A stretch of DNA of 64,000 bases from positions 340-64,339 of the forward strand of contig JADYXQ010000026.1 in the NCBI GenBank assembly GCA_021772135.1. Direction: 5' to 3'. The notes under the pieces are model-generated. The model saw nothing but the letters and a program-made list of their open reading frames with translations. It had not been told where the DNA came from and made no database searches. Source of the stretch: Candidatus Obscuribacter sp. GTDB lineage: Bacteria > Cyanobacteriota > Vampirovibrionia > Obscuribacterales > Obscuribacteraceae. The position numbers and the translations under genes were made by a program. Positions 1 to 9,762 of the stretch are shown piece after piece. Every line of letters starts with the position of its first letter. Position 1 is the stretch's first letter.

Positions 1-726
1 GCAATCGGCTCTTTGAAAACTGGCGGCGATGCTGATGCGCGAATAGGTGCCATGCTTGCTGCTGCGGCCGCCCCAGTGATAAACCGCTTCATTCCAGGCC
101 AGAATATCGCCGGCTTTAGTGGGTACGGCGCGAATGTCCTGGTAGTTGACGACACCATATTTGCACAAATTATCGGGAAAATTAGGGTCGTATTGCAGTG
201 GCAAGAGGTGAATGCAGCCGGTATCCGGGCTGCATTCAGTGAGCGAAATCCAGATGTTCATTGCGGTGGTGCGTCCATCGGCAGCCACTGTTTTGCGCCG
301 CGATCGGTCACGGTGCGGCATAAAGCCGGCACTGCCGCCTCCTGGTTCGACGCAAAATGTCCAGAGAGCGGGCATCATCTTATAATCGTTGCCAAGAATT
401 TGCGAAAGCAGACCATTTAAATGCTGAAATTGTTGCCAGCACTGGTCGTAAACAAACAAAAAAGGAGTGGGCCAATGTTCATCACGAATTTTTTTCACGG
501 CCTGCACCAGCGGAGGTAGTGTTCCGGCATCCATGACATTTTCGATTTTGAAATAGCCTTCTTCCTTGAGATTCTCAAGGGTGCGTTCAGCACTTTCCGT
601 CTCCAGAGCAAATGGTCTGGCTTGCGGCTTGCTGCCACGGGAGATGGTCAAATGCGGATTAAGATGCAGCCAGAATTCAGGATCTGTGGCCAGGTCAAAA
701 AATGATTTACCACCGATGTCGTACAT
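1..726 (-). CDS. PhyH-like Fe(II)/2-oxoglutarate dioxygenase; C-terminus runs off the window; absent from supplied ORF track
   Basis: My translation of the minus strand from the ATG at 726..724 reads MYDIGGKSFFDLATDPEF...GFMPHRDRS...NIWISL...GDILAWNEAVYHWGG. It stays open to position 1. The HxD...H spacing fits the phytanoyl-CoA dioxygenase family. The listed + ORF 13..420 is its antisense shadow. Confidence 0.6.
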   Translation of the reverse strand, partial: MYDIGGKSFFDLATDPEFWLHLNPHLTISRGSKPQARPFALETESAERTLENLKEEGYFKIENVMDAGTLPPLVQAVKKIRDEHWPTPFLFVYDQCWQQFQHLNGLLSQILGNDYKMMPALWTFCVEPGGGSAGFMPHRDRSRRKTVAADGRTTAMNIWISLTECSPDTGCIHLLPLQYDPNFPDNLCKYGVVNYQDIRAVPTKAGDILAWNEAVYHWGGRSSKHGTYSRISIAASFQRADC

Positions 727-869
727 GCTTACAACTCGTAGCTCGGAAGGCCAGACCCCCTAAGTTTAGCCTAACTGAGGGGGCTAAACGGCAGATCTGC
801 TGACGACATTGTTGATTATTGCTCCATTGGCCTTGGTATATAGTGTCAGTTTCATTATTGGAGTGGATT

Positions 870-1247
870 GTGATTAAGTCAGTGCGTGCATGGATACCGG
901 GCTTAATTTGCGCTTCAGTTTTAATAATGGGCTCTGCAGCGCAAAGTGTCGAACCACAGGGGTCATCTTTCGCCACCACCACGGGCAGCGAAACGAAAGT
1001 GCAAAATCTTGTGGGCAGCCTTTCCGGAAAGCTCAATGACCAGGAGAAAATGCGAGAACAAGCTTATGCCACTGGAGTGCGCTCGGAAGTCTTGCGTTTC
1101 CAGACCCAGTTGCAAAAGTATATTGTCAGCGGTCGTAAACTGCCTTTCGACCTCGGGCAAGTGACTAAAATACAGCAATTAGTCGTGGCCGGCCGGAATG
1201 CTGAAGCAAAAGCACTGATGCAAACATTAGAGCAAAAACTGCGTTAG
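870..1247 (+). CDS. small secreted protein, unknown function
   Basis: In-frame GTG at 870 lies 6 nt after GGAG (860-863). N-terminus VIKSVRAWIPGLICASVLIMGSAAQS looks like a signal peptide. C-terminal half is helical and charged. No family recognised. Confidence 0.4.
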   Translation: MIKSVRAWIPGLICASVLIMGSAAQSVEPQGSSFATTTGSETKVQNLVGSLSGKLNDQEKMREQAYATGVRSEVLRFQTQLQKYIVSGRKLPFDLGQVTKIQQLVVAGRNAEAKALMQTLEQKLR

Positions 1248-1328
1248 TCTAAAGACCATGGCCGACGGTCTAAATTGGTAAAATACAGGCCGCACTCGAA
1301 TTGGTTTATAGGTTTTGAAGGTTTGGTT

Positions 1329-3527
1329 ATGGGACTATCGGCGTCAGGCGCTGAATTTTCGCCCGGTGATATCGTCGGCAAAACCTATGTGATTATTAGC
1401 TACATTGGCCGAGGGGCAATGGGCGTGGTTTATCATGCCAGGCACATCGGTTTGCCCAAAGAATATGCCTTGAAGACCTTGCGCAGCGATCAAATTACAG
1501 ACACCGCATGGTTTCGCTTTCAGATGGAAGCGCAATCAGTGGCAAAAATGTTTCATCCAAATATTGTCGGTATTCACAACTTTGGTTCGCATAAAACTGA
1601 AAATGGTCTTCAACAACCGTTTTATGTAATGGACTTTTTGCATGGGGACAGCCTCATGGAAAGGCTGCGCGATCAGGGCCCGCCGCCGCTTGCTGTCATT
1701 CTGCAAGTTTTTATTCAGGCGGCCAGTGGGTTTGGTTACGCTCATAGCAAAGGCATCATTCACCGCGACGTCAAGCCCGGCAATATCATGTTGCTAAGCC
1801 AGCCAGACGCCATGGGAGCTAGTATTAAAATCGTGGATTTTGGTATTGCCAAACTCACTGCTGAAGCCGATTTTGCTTCGCAACACTTGACGCGTGACGG
1901 TGAGATTTTCGGTAGCCCTTATTACATGAGCCCTGAGCAGAGCCTGGGCCAACCTACCGATTCGCGCAGTGATATTTATTCGCTCGGAGTTTCACTATTT
2001 GAGACACTTACAGGCGAGGCGCCATTTACCGGACCAACAGCCCTAGACATTATGCTCATGCATCAGGGCGCTCCGCTGCCCGACATCAACAATTTCGGCG
2101 ACACCGGAGGCAGTGCCGAGCAAATTTATCCGGCTGCGTTGCAAATGGTTATTGAACAAATGACGGCCAAGGCGCCGGACCAGCGCTATCAGACCATGGA
2201 GCAAGTGGCGACCGATCTCTGGACGATTTTGCAGGGAGATTCGCCGGACACGCTTGCACCACTGGCGGTTGCAGCTGGTGATGTGGCTGGTGATTTAAAT
2301 GGTGATTTGGGTAGTGATGGACACAGTGCAGCCAAAGCCGATCAAGGTGAAGAAGCTCTGGATGAAGAAGCTTTAGATGAAGAAGTAGATGAAGAAGAGC
2401 TGGATGCGGAAGCGCTGGCTGTAAAAGATCTGGATGCCGCCTTGCAAGCCGGCCGCGCCATCTCGAGGGTACAGACTATTCCGGTAAAGACGAAGTTACC
2501 GGCGGCGCAATTGGCATTTTTAGTAATCACCATCGCCACAGCCGCGGTTGCAGCATTAATATTTTTTGTCAGCAAATCGTCTCATAGCGCAGTGTCGCGG
2601 GTAGCGCCCGCCATTAAAAAAGTAATGCCGGCCGCAGTCAAGATCGATCTTGAAGAAGACAAAGAACCGACGGGCAACTCGCTTAATGACACCACTCCTT
2701 ATTGCACCATTAAAACCGTTAAGGGGCAACGGGTTAAAAGTTTTGATTTTCCTACAGATGTTTTGATCGGCAGTATTAGCTTCTGGGAGCAGAAAAGCGG
2801 TCAGTGGGTTGCGGTTGCGGTTAAAGCTAAGGGCCATCTGGAATATCCCCATGACGAATGGTTGATGTTTTTGCCCTCTCGACTAATCGGCAAATATCCC
2901 CAGTATCTCAAACGATTTAGCAAAGGCAATTTTGCCGCTTTCCGACTGCCTGAACATTCCGACAGCGACGCAGTGCTGGCAGCCTGCACTGCCATGCCGG
3001 AAGTATCTGAAATCAAGTTTTATGACACCCATAATTTAACCAGTCAATGCATCCCTTCTTTGAGCAAGTTTGAAAATATCACCTTGCTGGACGCTTCAAA
3101 TAGCACCATTTCTGGTGCCAATCTGGCTAAGGCCCGTTGTTTTAAAAAAATCAAAAAGCTGTACTATAGCAAGGGTACAGAGGTTTCTCCCCTGTTGGAA
3201 AAACTCAAATCGTGCAAGGAGCTGGAATTGATTGATGTGCACGAAACACCTCTGACCTATCATGATTTTAAAACTCTGGCCTGTTTGAAAACTCTCAGCT
3301 CCCTTAATATCTCGGGGATGAAAGTGACTAAAAGCCAGATTGCCAAATTGGCCCAATCAAAGAGTTTGCAAGAACTGACCATGTGCGACTGTGGGTTGGA
3401 TGAAGATTGGATTCCAACATTGCGCCAGTTTAAAGGGCTTAAAACACTCTGGTTTGAAACAACGAAAACACCCATTGTTTTGCGTGATAAATTTATTGCC
3501 GGGCTGCCGACGGTACAAATAAAATGA
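1329..3527 (+). CDS. Hanks-type Ser/Thr protein kinase - acidic linker - TM helix - C-terminal 'FPxD' + leucine-rich-repeat module
   Basis: Kinase motifs GRGAMGVVY, YALK, HRDVKPGNIML, DFGIAKL, GSPYYMSPEQ. TM segment LAFLVITIATAAVAALIFFV. C-terminal LRR-like repeats (LTSQCIPSLSKFENITLLDASNSTISG...). ATG 1329 after GAAGG is preferred over TTG 1275. Confidence 0.9.
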   Translation: MGLSASGAEFSPGDIVGKTYVIISYIGRGAMGVVYHARHIGLPKEYALKTLRSDQITDTAWFRFQMEAQSVAKMFHPNIVGIHNFGSHKTENGLQQPFYVMDFLHGDSLMERLRDQGPPPLAVILQVFIQAASGFGYAHSKGIIHRDVKPGNIMLLSQPDAMGASIKIVDFGIAKLTAEADFASQHLTRDGEIFGSPYYMSPEQSLGQPTDSRSDIYSLGVSLFETLTGEAPFTGPTALDIMLMHQGAPLPDINNFGDTGGSAEQIYPAALQMVIEQMTAKAPDQRYQTMEQVATDLWTILQGDSPDTLAPLAVAAGDVAGDLNGDLGSDGHSAAKADQGEEALDEEALDEEVDEEELDAEALAVKDLDAALQAGRAISRVQTIPVKTKLPAAQLAFLVITIATAAVAALIFFVSKSSHSAVSRVAPAIKKVMPAAVKIDLEEDKEPTGNSLNDTTPYCTIKTVKGQRVKSFDFPTDVLIGSISFWEQKSGQWVAVAVKAKGHLEYPHDEWLMFLPSRLIGKYPQYLKRFSKGNFAAFRLPEHSDSDAVLAACTAMPEVSEIKFYDTHNLTSQCIPSLSKFENITLLDASNSTISGANLAKARCFKKIKKLYYSKGTEVSPLLEKLKSCKELELIDVHETPLTYHDFKTLACLKTLSSLNISGMKVTKSQIAKLAQSKSLQELTMCDCGLDEDWIPTLRQFKGLKTLWFETTKTPIVLRDKFIAGLPTVQIK
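2349..2420 (+). repeat. imperfect 15-nt in-frame tandem repeat (gaagaagctctggat x ~5) encoding EEALDEEALDEEVDEEELDAEALA
   Basis: Read directly from the sequence. It lies in the kinase juxtamembrane linker. Confidence 0.6.
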
Positions 3528-3548
3528 CTTCAAACAGTAAATATAGAC

Positions 3549-4340
3549 ATGGGTAGATTTGAAATACCAGGCGGTTTTGTCAGTACGATCACTCCTGCGC
3601 TGGGCTACGAAGTGCATTGCTTTCATTCAACGGCAGACCCTGCAAACAATTCCGGCAACAAGATTTTGCCGGCCGTGCCTATTATTATGATTCACGGTGC
3701 CATTGTTTCTCGACGCTATTTATTGCCCGTGGCTAAAGTGTTGGCCAATGATTATGTGATCTACGTGCCCGATTTGCCCGGTCACGGCGCTAGCTCTAAG
3801 CCAAAAGATGCACTGCCGGTGCAGGAACAAGCCGAAATAATTCATGCCTGGATGCAAAATTTAAATATAGTAAAAGCGGTGGTGCTGGCCAATTCTTATG
3901 GTTGTGAAATTGCTGTGGAGTTAGCGGTGAGATATCCGGAGACTGTAGAGCGGCTCATTCTTACCGGCCCGGCTTCCGATCCATCAGCGCCGACTAAATT
4001 TCAACAAGCTTTGCGATTATTCTGGGACGGTGTGCTGGAAAATCAAAGAATGTACTGGGTGCTCTTTGTCGACATGCTCGAACTGGGCTGGCACAGGGGC
4101 ATGCAGACCACTCAAATCATGATCGATTATGACTACCTACCCAGGCTGCCTTTGCTGAAGATGAAAACTCTGGTGGCACGTGGCGAAAATGACCCGTTGG
4201 CTCCGCAAGAATGGTGTGAACAGGTAGTCAGTCTGATACCAGACGCCAGGCTTGTGGTGGTGCCCAAAGGGCCGCACAATATCAACTTCAGCACGCCTAC
4301 TGAACTGGCCGATCACGTGGCCCGTTTTCTCAACGATTAA
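3549..4340 (+). CDS. alpha/beta-fold hydrolase
   Basis: IMIHGA oxyanion motif, DLPGHGAS, nucleophile elbow ANSYG, late GENDP and GPHN motifs. Confidence 0.8.
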   Translation: MGRFEIPGGFVSTITPALGYEVHCFHSTADPANNSGNKILPAVPIIMIHGAIVSRRYLLPVAKVLANDYVIYVPDLPGHGASSKPKDALPVQEQAEIIHAWMQNLNIVKAVVLANSYGCEIAVELAVRYPETVERLILTGPASDPSAPTKFQQALRLFWDGVLENQRMYWVLFVDMLELGWHRGMQTTQIMIDYDYLPRLPLLKMKTLVARGENDPLAPQEWCEQVVSLIPDARLVVVPKGPHNINFSTPTELADHVARFLND

Positions 4341-4825
4341 TCAATCAGAGATTTATCCGTCAAATTCACAACCTTGGCCTGACTGGCAGCCACCAGATTG
4401 GCTGGCGTGATTAGAATTTCATTGCCCCAGACTCCGGCCCCAACTCCTAAAATTTCTTCTTGCATCAAAGAGGCTTCGACAATTGAGCAAAAGCCGTCTG
4501 GTTGCCAGTGAAAGGGAGGAATGGAGCCAATTACATAACCTGTAATTTGCTGAACAATTTCTGGTTTGGCCATTGAGATATTGCGCGATCCCAGTGCCTT
4601 TTTTAAAAGTCCAGAAACGGCACTTTGATCGCCGCCCACCATGATAAGGGCATAGTCACCGCGATCTGTGCCGAAAACAAGGGTTTTGACCATCTGCCGC
4701 TCGCGAAAACCCAATGCTCGAGCTACGTTGGCCGCACCTTTTTCTGTGGTGTCAGCAAAATTGCGAATTTCGTAAGCAATATTTTTTTCGTCTAAATAGC
4801 TGTGAGCGGGTAGTCTAGCCAGCAT
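4337..4825 (-). CDS. YbaK/EbsC-type aminoacyl-tRNA editing (deacylase) domain protein
   Basis: VKTLVF...YALIMVGGDQSAVSGLLKKALG...ITGYVIGSIPPF...GVGAGV pattern. ATG at 4825 is preferred; the 39 upstream codons of the listed ORF look non-coding. Confidence 0.7.
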   Translation of the reverse strand: MLARLPAHSYLDEKNIAYEIRNFADTTEKGAANVARALGFRERQMVKTLVFGTDRGDYALIMVGGDQSAVSGLLKKALGSRNISMAKPEIVQQITGYVIGSIPPFHWQPDGFCSIVEASLMQEEILGVGAGVWGNEILITPANLVAASQAKVVNLTDKSLID

Positions 4826-4941
4826 GGCACTCTTATTGCGGTATTTTTCTACCCCTAAGTTTACCCGAAAGCTAAGCAGCGGAAGGTAAAGAATGGCAGA
4901 ATAGAAGAGTAGAAAAATATGTAAGCAAGCAGGAATATTCA

Positions 4942-5556
4942 ATGACTGGCAACCCGGAAAGCGACGCCGCCAAAATGAGCAGGCTGCTTTATTCCGAAAT
5001 GGAACGAAAACTACAAGACATGTTTGGGCCGGAGCACCGCACAGCGGCTCAGATTGCTTTTGGCGGCGCCTGGCAATCTTTGAACCGCATTGCTCAGCAC
5101 GGTGTAGGCGGTGTGCAATCGGCCATTGATATGGTCAATGACTTGACTAAAGAACTTAGTGAAGTAGAGTCGTTCAGCATTGTGCCCAAGCCGCCTGCCG
5201 AGATTGAAGTGGATATTCGCATCAAAAACGAAAAGGATATGCCCTTCAAGAAAACCGTGGCGCCTTTTGTGGAAATTGAAGCGGTTTGCATAGCTAAACG
5301 TGTTCATTTTCAGGCTCTGGTTGACACTGAGAAAAGCGGCTTGCGCTGTAATATCAACGAAGGATTTTCAGTGCGTTTCAAAACTTTTTTAGGCAAGCAA
5401 ACTGTTCCCATTAATGGCAGTGCGATTTTGCGTTATGACCAGAATAAGCAAGTGGTCATGGAAGCTTCGACCAAACTGCCTGGCATCGATGTACCGGTCA
5501 GTTTCACTTTGCCGCTGAAGCAGCTGCTGCATGAAGCGCGCAAACACGTCACTTAA
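4942..5556 (+). CDS. hypothetical protein
   Basis: 204-aa ORF with an ATG start, divergent from the ybaK-like gene. No motif recognised. Confidence 0.5.
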   Translation: MTGNPESDAAKMSRLLYSEMERKLQDMFGPEHRTAAQIAFGGAWQSLNRIAQHGVGGVQSAIDMVNDLTKELSEVESFSIVPKPPAEIEVDIRIKNEKDMPFKKTVAPFVEIEAVCIAKRVHFQALVDTEKSGLRCNINEGFSVRFKTFLGKQTVPINGSAILRYDQNKQVVMEASTKLPGIDVPVSFTLPLKQLLHEARKHVT

Positions 5557-5558
5557 TT

Positions 5559-6818
5559 TCAATTGCCTTCGACATATTGATCGGTTTGCGGTAGCAGCGG
5601 AATTAAGAACCAGCACGCTAAAGTGGCCACAGCACTGACTATAATCAACTGGGCAAAGCCGTCTTTGAATACGTAGGTATAAAGTGAAGCACCCAAATTA
5701 ATCGAGATTTGTTCGGCAATATTGTAGGCAGCAATGAGCATGGCAATAGATGTACTCTCAAAATCTTTCGGGCTGACATCAGCGGCCAGTCCATAGACTA
5801 AGAGAATGGCAATCATTTCAGCGAATCCGCGCACAGTCTCAAGAGCTATTGCTGAAGCCGGTGAACCGAGCAGCAAGTAGCCAAATGTGCTGGCAGCGCC
5901 AACAATTACCGCCACCTTTGCCTGCGCTCGAGGCTTAAGCTTTTTGTCGAGAAAATTGCGATAAAAAAGAGATCCCGCGATCATGCCCACTGAAAATAAG
6001 GCACCGAGTTGGCCGATAAAAACCTGGCTGAAACCCAGATCTTTGGTTTGATGAAAATACAAAGGCGTGCCGAATCCGGGGCTGAAACTCCAGCAACACA
6101 TGAATAAGCAGACATAGAGCAAGCCGCGAGTGTGCCCCTTGCCCAATTGATTTTTCACCGCCGCTAGTGGACTTCTGATGCCGCTGACGCGATCTTCCTT
6201 TACCATTAGCCAGCTTGCTCCTGCCGTAAGAAAGCAGGGCACCGAGGCAATAATCGCAGCACTGGTGAGGGCTTTTTCAGGGGCGAAATGCCCGCAGAGG
6301 TGTCCGCCCAGCAAAAAGGAAATAATATTGGCGCAATAATAGCCCACTGCCTGAATGGCTTGAAATTGTCTGGTGGCACCGGACGGCCGCCCTACTTCAA
6401 GAGTCAGACCGCACAGTATGACAGTGCCGGCGGCCATACCGAGGGCCGTAAAAAACAATGCTACCATGAGGAAATTGAGTGAGTGTGTGGCAGCGGCGGC
6501 CAGGTAGAAAAGTCCGCTCAGGCCGTAGGTCAGAGTCAAATACGATTTGCGCCTGTATCCCCCTAAAGGAACGGCATCGCTGAGGATGCCGAAGATCGGT
6601 TTGATCATAAAAGGCACCATCAACAGCGAAAGCAAGGCCGCTACCTGAGCTGCGTTCATACTCAGAGATTTGAGCATGTAAAATTCCAGAGGCTGGGCGA
6701 TCAGGCAAAAATGCTGGGCGATGCCTTGTGTGAAGTAGGCAACCACGATGTATGCAAGAAAGGCATTTTTTGATTTGACCTTGTTGGCGGTTTCGTTTTT
6801 TTGCCCAGTGGGTGTCAT
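5559..6818 (-). CDS. MFS transporter of the folate-biopterin (BT1) family
   Basis: About 12 TM segments. 'IKPIFGILSDAVPLGGYRRKSYL' matches the BT1 signature block. Internal ATG at 6818 is preferred over 6926. Confidence 0.75.
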   Translation of the reverse strand: MTPTGQKNETANKVKSKNAFLAYIVVAYFTQGIAQHFCLIAQPLEFYMLKSLSMNAAQVAALLSLLMVPFMIKPIFGILSDAVPLGGYRRKSYLTLTYGLSGLFYLAAAATHSLNFLMVALFFTALGMAAGTVILCGLTLEVGRPSGATRQFQAIQAVGYYCANIISFLLGGHLCGHFAPEKALTSAAIIASVPCFLTAGASWLMVKEDRVSGIRSPLAAVKNQLGKGHTRGLLYVCLFMCCWSFSPGFGTPLYFHQTKDLGFSQVFIGQLGALFSVGMIAGSLFYRNFLDKKLKPRAQAKVAVIVGAASTFGYLLLGSPASAIALETVRGFAEMIAILLVYGLAADVSPKDFESTSIAMLIAAYNIAEQISINLGASLYTYVFKDGFAQLIIVSAVATLACWFLIPLLPQTDQYVEGN

Positions 6819-6849
6819 AGTCAATACAATAGCAATATCGGCTAAGACA

Positions 6850-7633
6850 ATGAAGATCAAGCTGTTTGCCCTATCTACTACTTTGCTTCTGGCTAGTTCA
6901 TTGCCCGCACCGGCAAGAACAGTCACCTTGCGGTTTCCCGCTGATAAAAGTTATGGCTAGATTGTTTCTATGTCGCTCTCTCGAGACAGCGGGGCTGATG
7001 ACCGTATGGCCGCCCTTGAGCCGAAAGATGCCACTCTGGCTGCGGTACAAGGAGTGGTTGTAGTAAACTTGAGACCTGGTGCGCTCTGCACGTTTGATCC
7101 GAATCGGGCCATGTACGAAAACCCCAGAGCGCTTCTATCAGTGTCGCCCCAAGGGATTGAAGCGATTAAAATCCATTTTGTCTCAATGGATCCCAAAGAA
7201 GATAATCTGTGCGACCAGCTCAGTCAGAACCTTTCTCATTTGAATCAGTTGAAAGTTCTAAAGGCCAAAAATTCTGATTTGTCCGATGCCGCATTGTTTA
7301 AGATTGACTCCTTGCCTGCGCTGTATTTTCTCGATTTGTCCGGGTCGATGGTGTCGCGTAAATGTTTAAAGGCAGCCGCTCGTTTCAAAAATTTGCAATC
7401 TTTGGGCCTTTCCAATTTGCATTTTAACGGTGCCGACTTTGGCGCCTGGGCCACCCTGGCAAAGCTCGACGCTGTGTTGGTGAAGTTAAAGTCTCTGAAG
7501 AAATTGACCCGATTTAGACCTTGGTGGCACAGTAGTGCACCCTGAGGCGCTATTAACTCTTAAGGGATTACCTCTGCAAAGAGTGGCGAAGAAAAATTCA
7601 TGTTTGCACCCTCAAAGTAACAAGGGTAGCTGA
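6850..7633 (+). pseudogene. secreted 'FPxD' + LRR protein disrupted by an in-frame TAG (6958-6960) and a frameshift near 7513-7515
   Basis: The signal peptide ORF MKIKLFALSTTLLLASSLPAPA...TLRFPADKSYG* is in the same frame as ORF 6970..7545. The LRR periodicity continues in another frame after KKLTR (LDLGGTVVHPEALLTLKGLPLQRV...) to the TGA at 7631-7633. Confidence 0.6.
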
Positions 7634-7730
7634 CTCAATCGATCATTTAGTGCACTTGCGTAAGTTAAATGGTGAATAATCGATTATCATCAAATCTGTA
7701 GAATAATACTACAAGGATGACAAGCGAATA

Positions 7731-9311
7731 GTGGCTACAGCGGCAAATCGCAGACTCGACAATCTTGTGCATTGGCCACTTGTCACCATTCTTTTTTTAC
7801 TCCTGGTTTATTTCTATTATCTGGGCTGGTCACTGTCGCTCGCTTCGCCTTACGGTCTCGGTGAAGAAGGTTCATCAATGTGGGCCTCATTGGCCCTTTC
7901 TGAAAACAGAAATCCCTATGACTTTGCTCGCTTATATTCGCACCCCTGGCAATGCGTAGTTTATCCACCGGTCTATTTCTCCTTAGTCGGTTGGATTTTT
8001 AAAATTACCGGTGCGGCTTTTTATCCTATGCGCATGTTCAGCATGGGAGCTTTTGTGGTCAGCCTGGTGACCGGCTACCGCATCTTCACTTTGAGCGGTT
8101 GTTCTAAGCTGGCTCGCATCGTTGGCCTGCTGGTCTTTTCATCTTTCTGGACGATATGGTCTTATTCTTTCAAAGGTCGAGTGGATATGCTTTCCCTCAC
8201 TTTTGTCTTGTTGGCCATTCAGCAATACCTGGTGCTGGCGCGTAAGCCTAAAGACGACAATCTTTTTCGCCTGCCCCGCCTTATTGTTATTGCAACTTTG
8301 TGCCTGGCCGCAGCTTTCACTAAGCAGGCGGCACTGGTCGTAGTGCCCGCCATTGCTGCGGCTTTGATAATCGGCAGGCAATGGCGCCTGTCGCTATTTT
8401 TTATGGGTCTCAGTTCTTTTCTTCTAATCGTGACCGCCTGGCTGCTTAACAATGCCACCGCCGGTGGTTTTCTAAATCACATGCTGTTTGCCGCGCAGGC
8501 GCCTTTTCAATGGCAGGCCCTCTACAAGCATTTGCTCTGGTTAGGCTCCAACTGGTTGCCTTTTTTGTTGACACCTGTCTCTTTGTTTATTGTCATCGCC
8601 GCTTATATTCGTGATGGTGAACAGCGCCAGGGGCCGTATCGTCGTCACCTTTCGGCGCTGGCACTGATTACCACTTTATTTGTTTTATCCAGCGTGCTGG
8701 CTTTTTATTCGCTGGGCGCCGAGTTTGCCAATGTCGACGAGACCATGGTCACCGCCTTCTGTTGTGCCTGGCTGCTCGCCCTCGCCGTGGACCAGACCAA
8801 GCGCCGTTTCCTTTTTTTGATTTTCATATCTATGGCTGTAAGTATTTACGTCATCAGTGATTTGAGCGAGAGGCTGAACAAAGCAGTTATTCCTATGATT
8901 AACGCGCGAGAAATTATGCGCTCGGTACCTTTCAACAAAAAGTTGATGCTCTGTGAAGATTGCTCTGTTGCCATTGATCTTGATGCTGGGCCTGAGTTTG
9001 TCGACATTGCCACTTTTTTGCAAACCTGGCGAGCTACTCCTGGTTTGCTCGAAGGCCCTATGAGCGAGATTAAAAATCGCATCAATCGCAAAGAATACGG
9101 CGCGCTGGTGCTCAATTCTCGCGATGGCTGTCTGCTTAAACCCTATTATTATTGGGATCAGTCGGTGATTGAAGCGGTGAAAAATAACTATCAGCCAATC
9201 GGCGCTTTTATGGACGAAGGCCGTATGCAAGATTTTTACTTGCCTAAAATCAGCGATCAACCAGCGGCTTACAAACGCAAACGGGCTCTCGACGAGCAGA
9301 TCAACCCTTGA
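7731..9311 (+). CDS. polytopic membrane glycosyltransferase, GT-C fold (ArnT/PMT-like), with C-terminal soluble domain
   Basis: At least 10 predicted TM helices and a YPPVYF loop motif. Architecture is paralogous to 25123..26784 and 55584..57212. Confidence 0.65.
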   Translation: MATAANRRLDNLVHWPLVTILFLLLVYFYYLGWSLSLASPYGLGEEGSSMWASLALSENRNPYDFARLYSHPWQCVVYPPVYFSLVGWIFKITGAAFYPMRMFSMGAFVVSLVTGYRIFTLSGCSKLARIVGLLVFSSFWTIWSYSFKGRVDMLSLTFVLLAIQQYLVLARKPKDDNLFRLPRLIVIATLCLAAAFTKQAALVVVPAIAAALIIGRQWRLSLFFMGLSSFLLIVTAWLLNNATAGGFLNHMLFAAQAPFQWQALYKHLLWLGSNWLPFLLTPVSLFIVIAAYIRDGEQRQGPYRRHLSALALITTLFVLSSVLAFYSLGAEFANVDETMVTAFCCAWLLALAVDQTKRRFLFLIFISMAVSIYVISDLSERLNKAVIPMINAREIMRSVPFNKKLMLCEDCSVAIDLDAGPEFVDIATFLQTWRATPGLLEGPMSEIKNRINRKEYGALVLNSRDGCLLKPYYYWDQSVIEAVKNNYQPIGAFMDEGRMQDFYLPKISDQPAAYKRKRALDEQINP

Positions 9312-9319
9312 TCTGCTCG
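9293..9319. terminator. perfect 10-bp stem / 7-nt loop hairpin overlapping the stop codon, between convergent genes
   Basis: cgagcagatc-aaccctt-gatctgctcg read directly. The downstream U-tract is weak. Confidence 0.4.
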
Positions 9320-9348
9320 TGGTTTGCGAAGCCCGTCAACAGGCGCTT

Positions 9349-9762
9349 TTATAGCTTCCTACTTGATTTAATGCCCAGTTGAACACTTTTAATCAGCTTG
9401 CCCGTGAGATCGTAGATTTTCCACTCGCCTACTTTCTTGTCGGCAAGATACTGACCTTCGTCGCTCGTCTGTCCGTTCGGGTGATAGCGTTTCCACAGAC
9501 CCGTCTTTTTCTGCTCGGCGTCAAAACCGCCGGTCTGCATTAGTTCGCCGTTTTCGCGGTACCAGGTCCATTCGCCCACCAGCTTGTCGTTTTGACAGCG
9601 GCCCGTGGCTTTGAGAATGCCGTTGGCTAAATAGTATTTCCAAATTCCGGTTTTTTCACCATTTTGAAATTCACCGACATTGTCTATGCTGCCGTTTTTA
9701 AATAAAACAGTGTGCACTCCATTTTTCAAATTGCCATTTTTATCGAGCTTGTTATTTTTCAT
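9349..9762 (-). CDS. MORN-variant repeat protein (YwqK-like)
   Basis: Repeats of G(E/I/L)W..Y..NG: GIWKYYLANG, GEWTWYRENG, GLWKRYHPNG, GEWKIYDLTG. The start overlaps the upstream stop (ATGA). Confidence 0.75.
   Translation of the reverse strand: MKNNKLDKNGNLKNGVHTVLFKNGSIDNVGEFQNGEKTGIWKYYLANGILKATGRCQNDKLVGEWTWYRENGELMQTGGFDAEQKKTGLWKRYHPNGQTSDEGQYLADKKVGEWKIYDLTGKLIKSVQLGIKSSRKL

Noticed and set aside
13-420. 135-aa + strand ORF at the window start
   Set aside because: It is antisense to a much better minus-strand frame (1-726) that carries PhyH-like HxD/H motifs. Its own sequence has no recognisable features.
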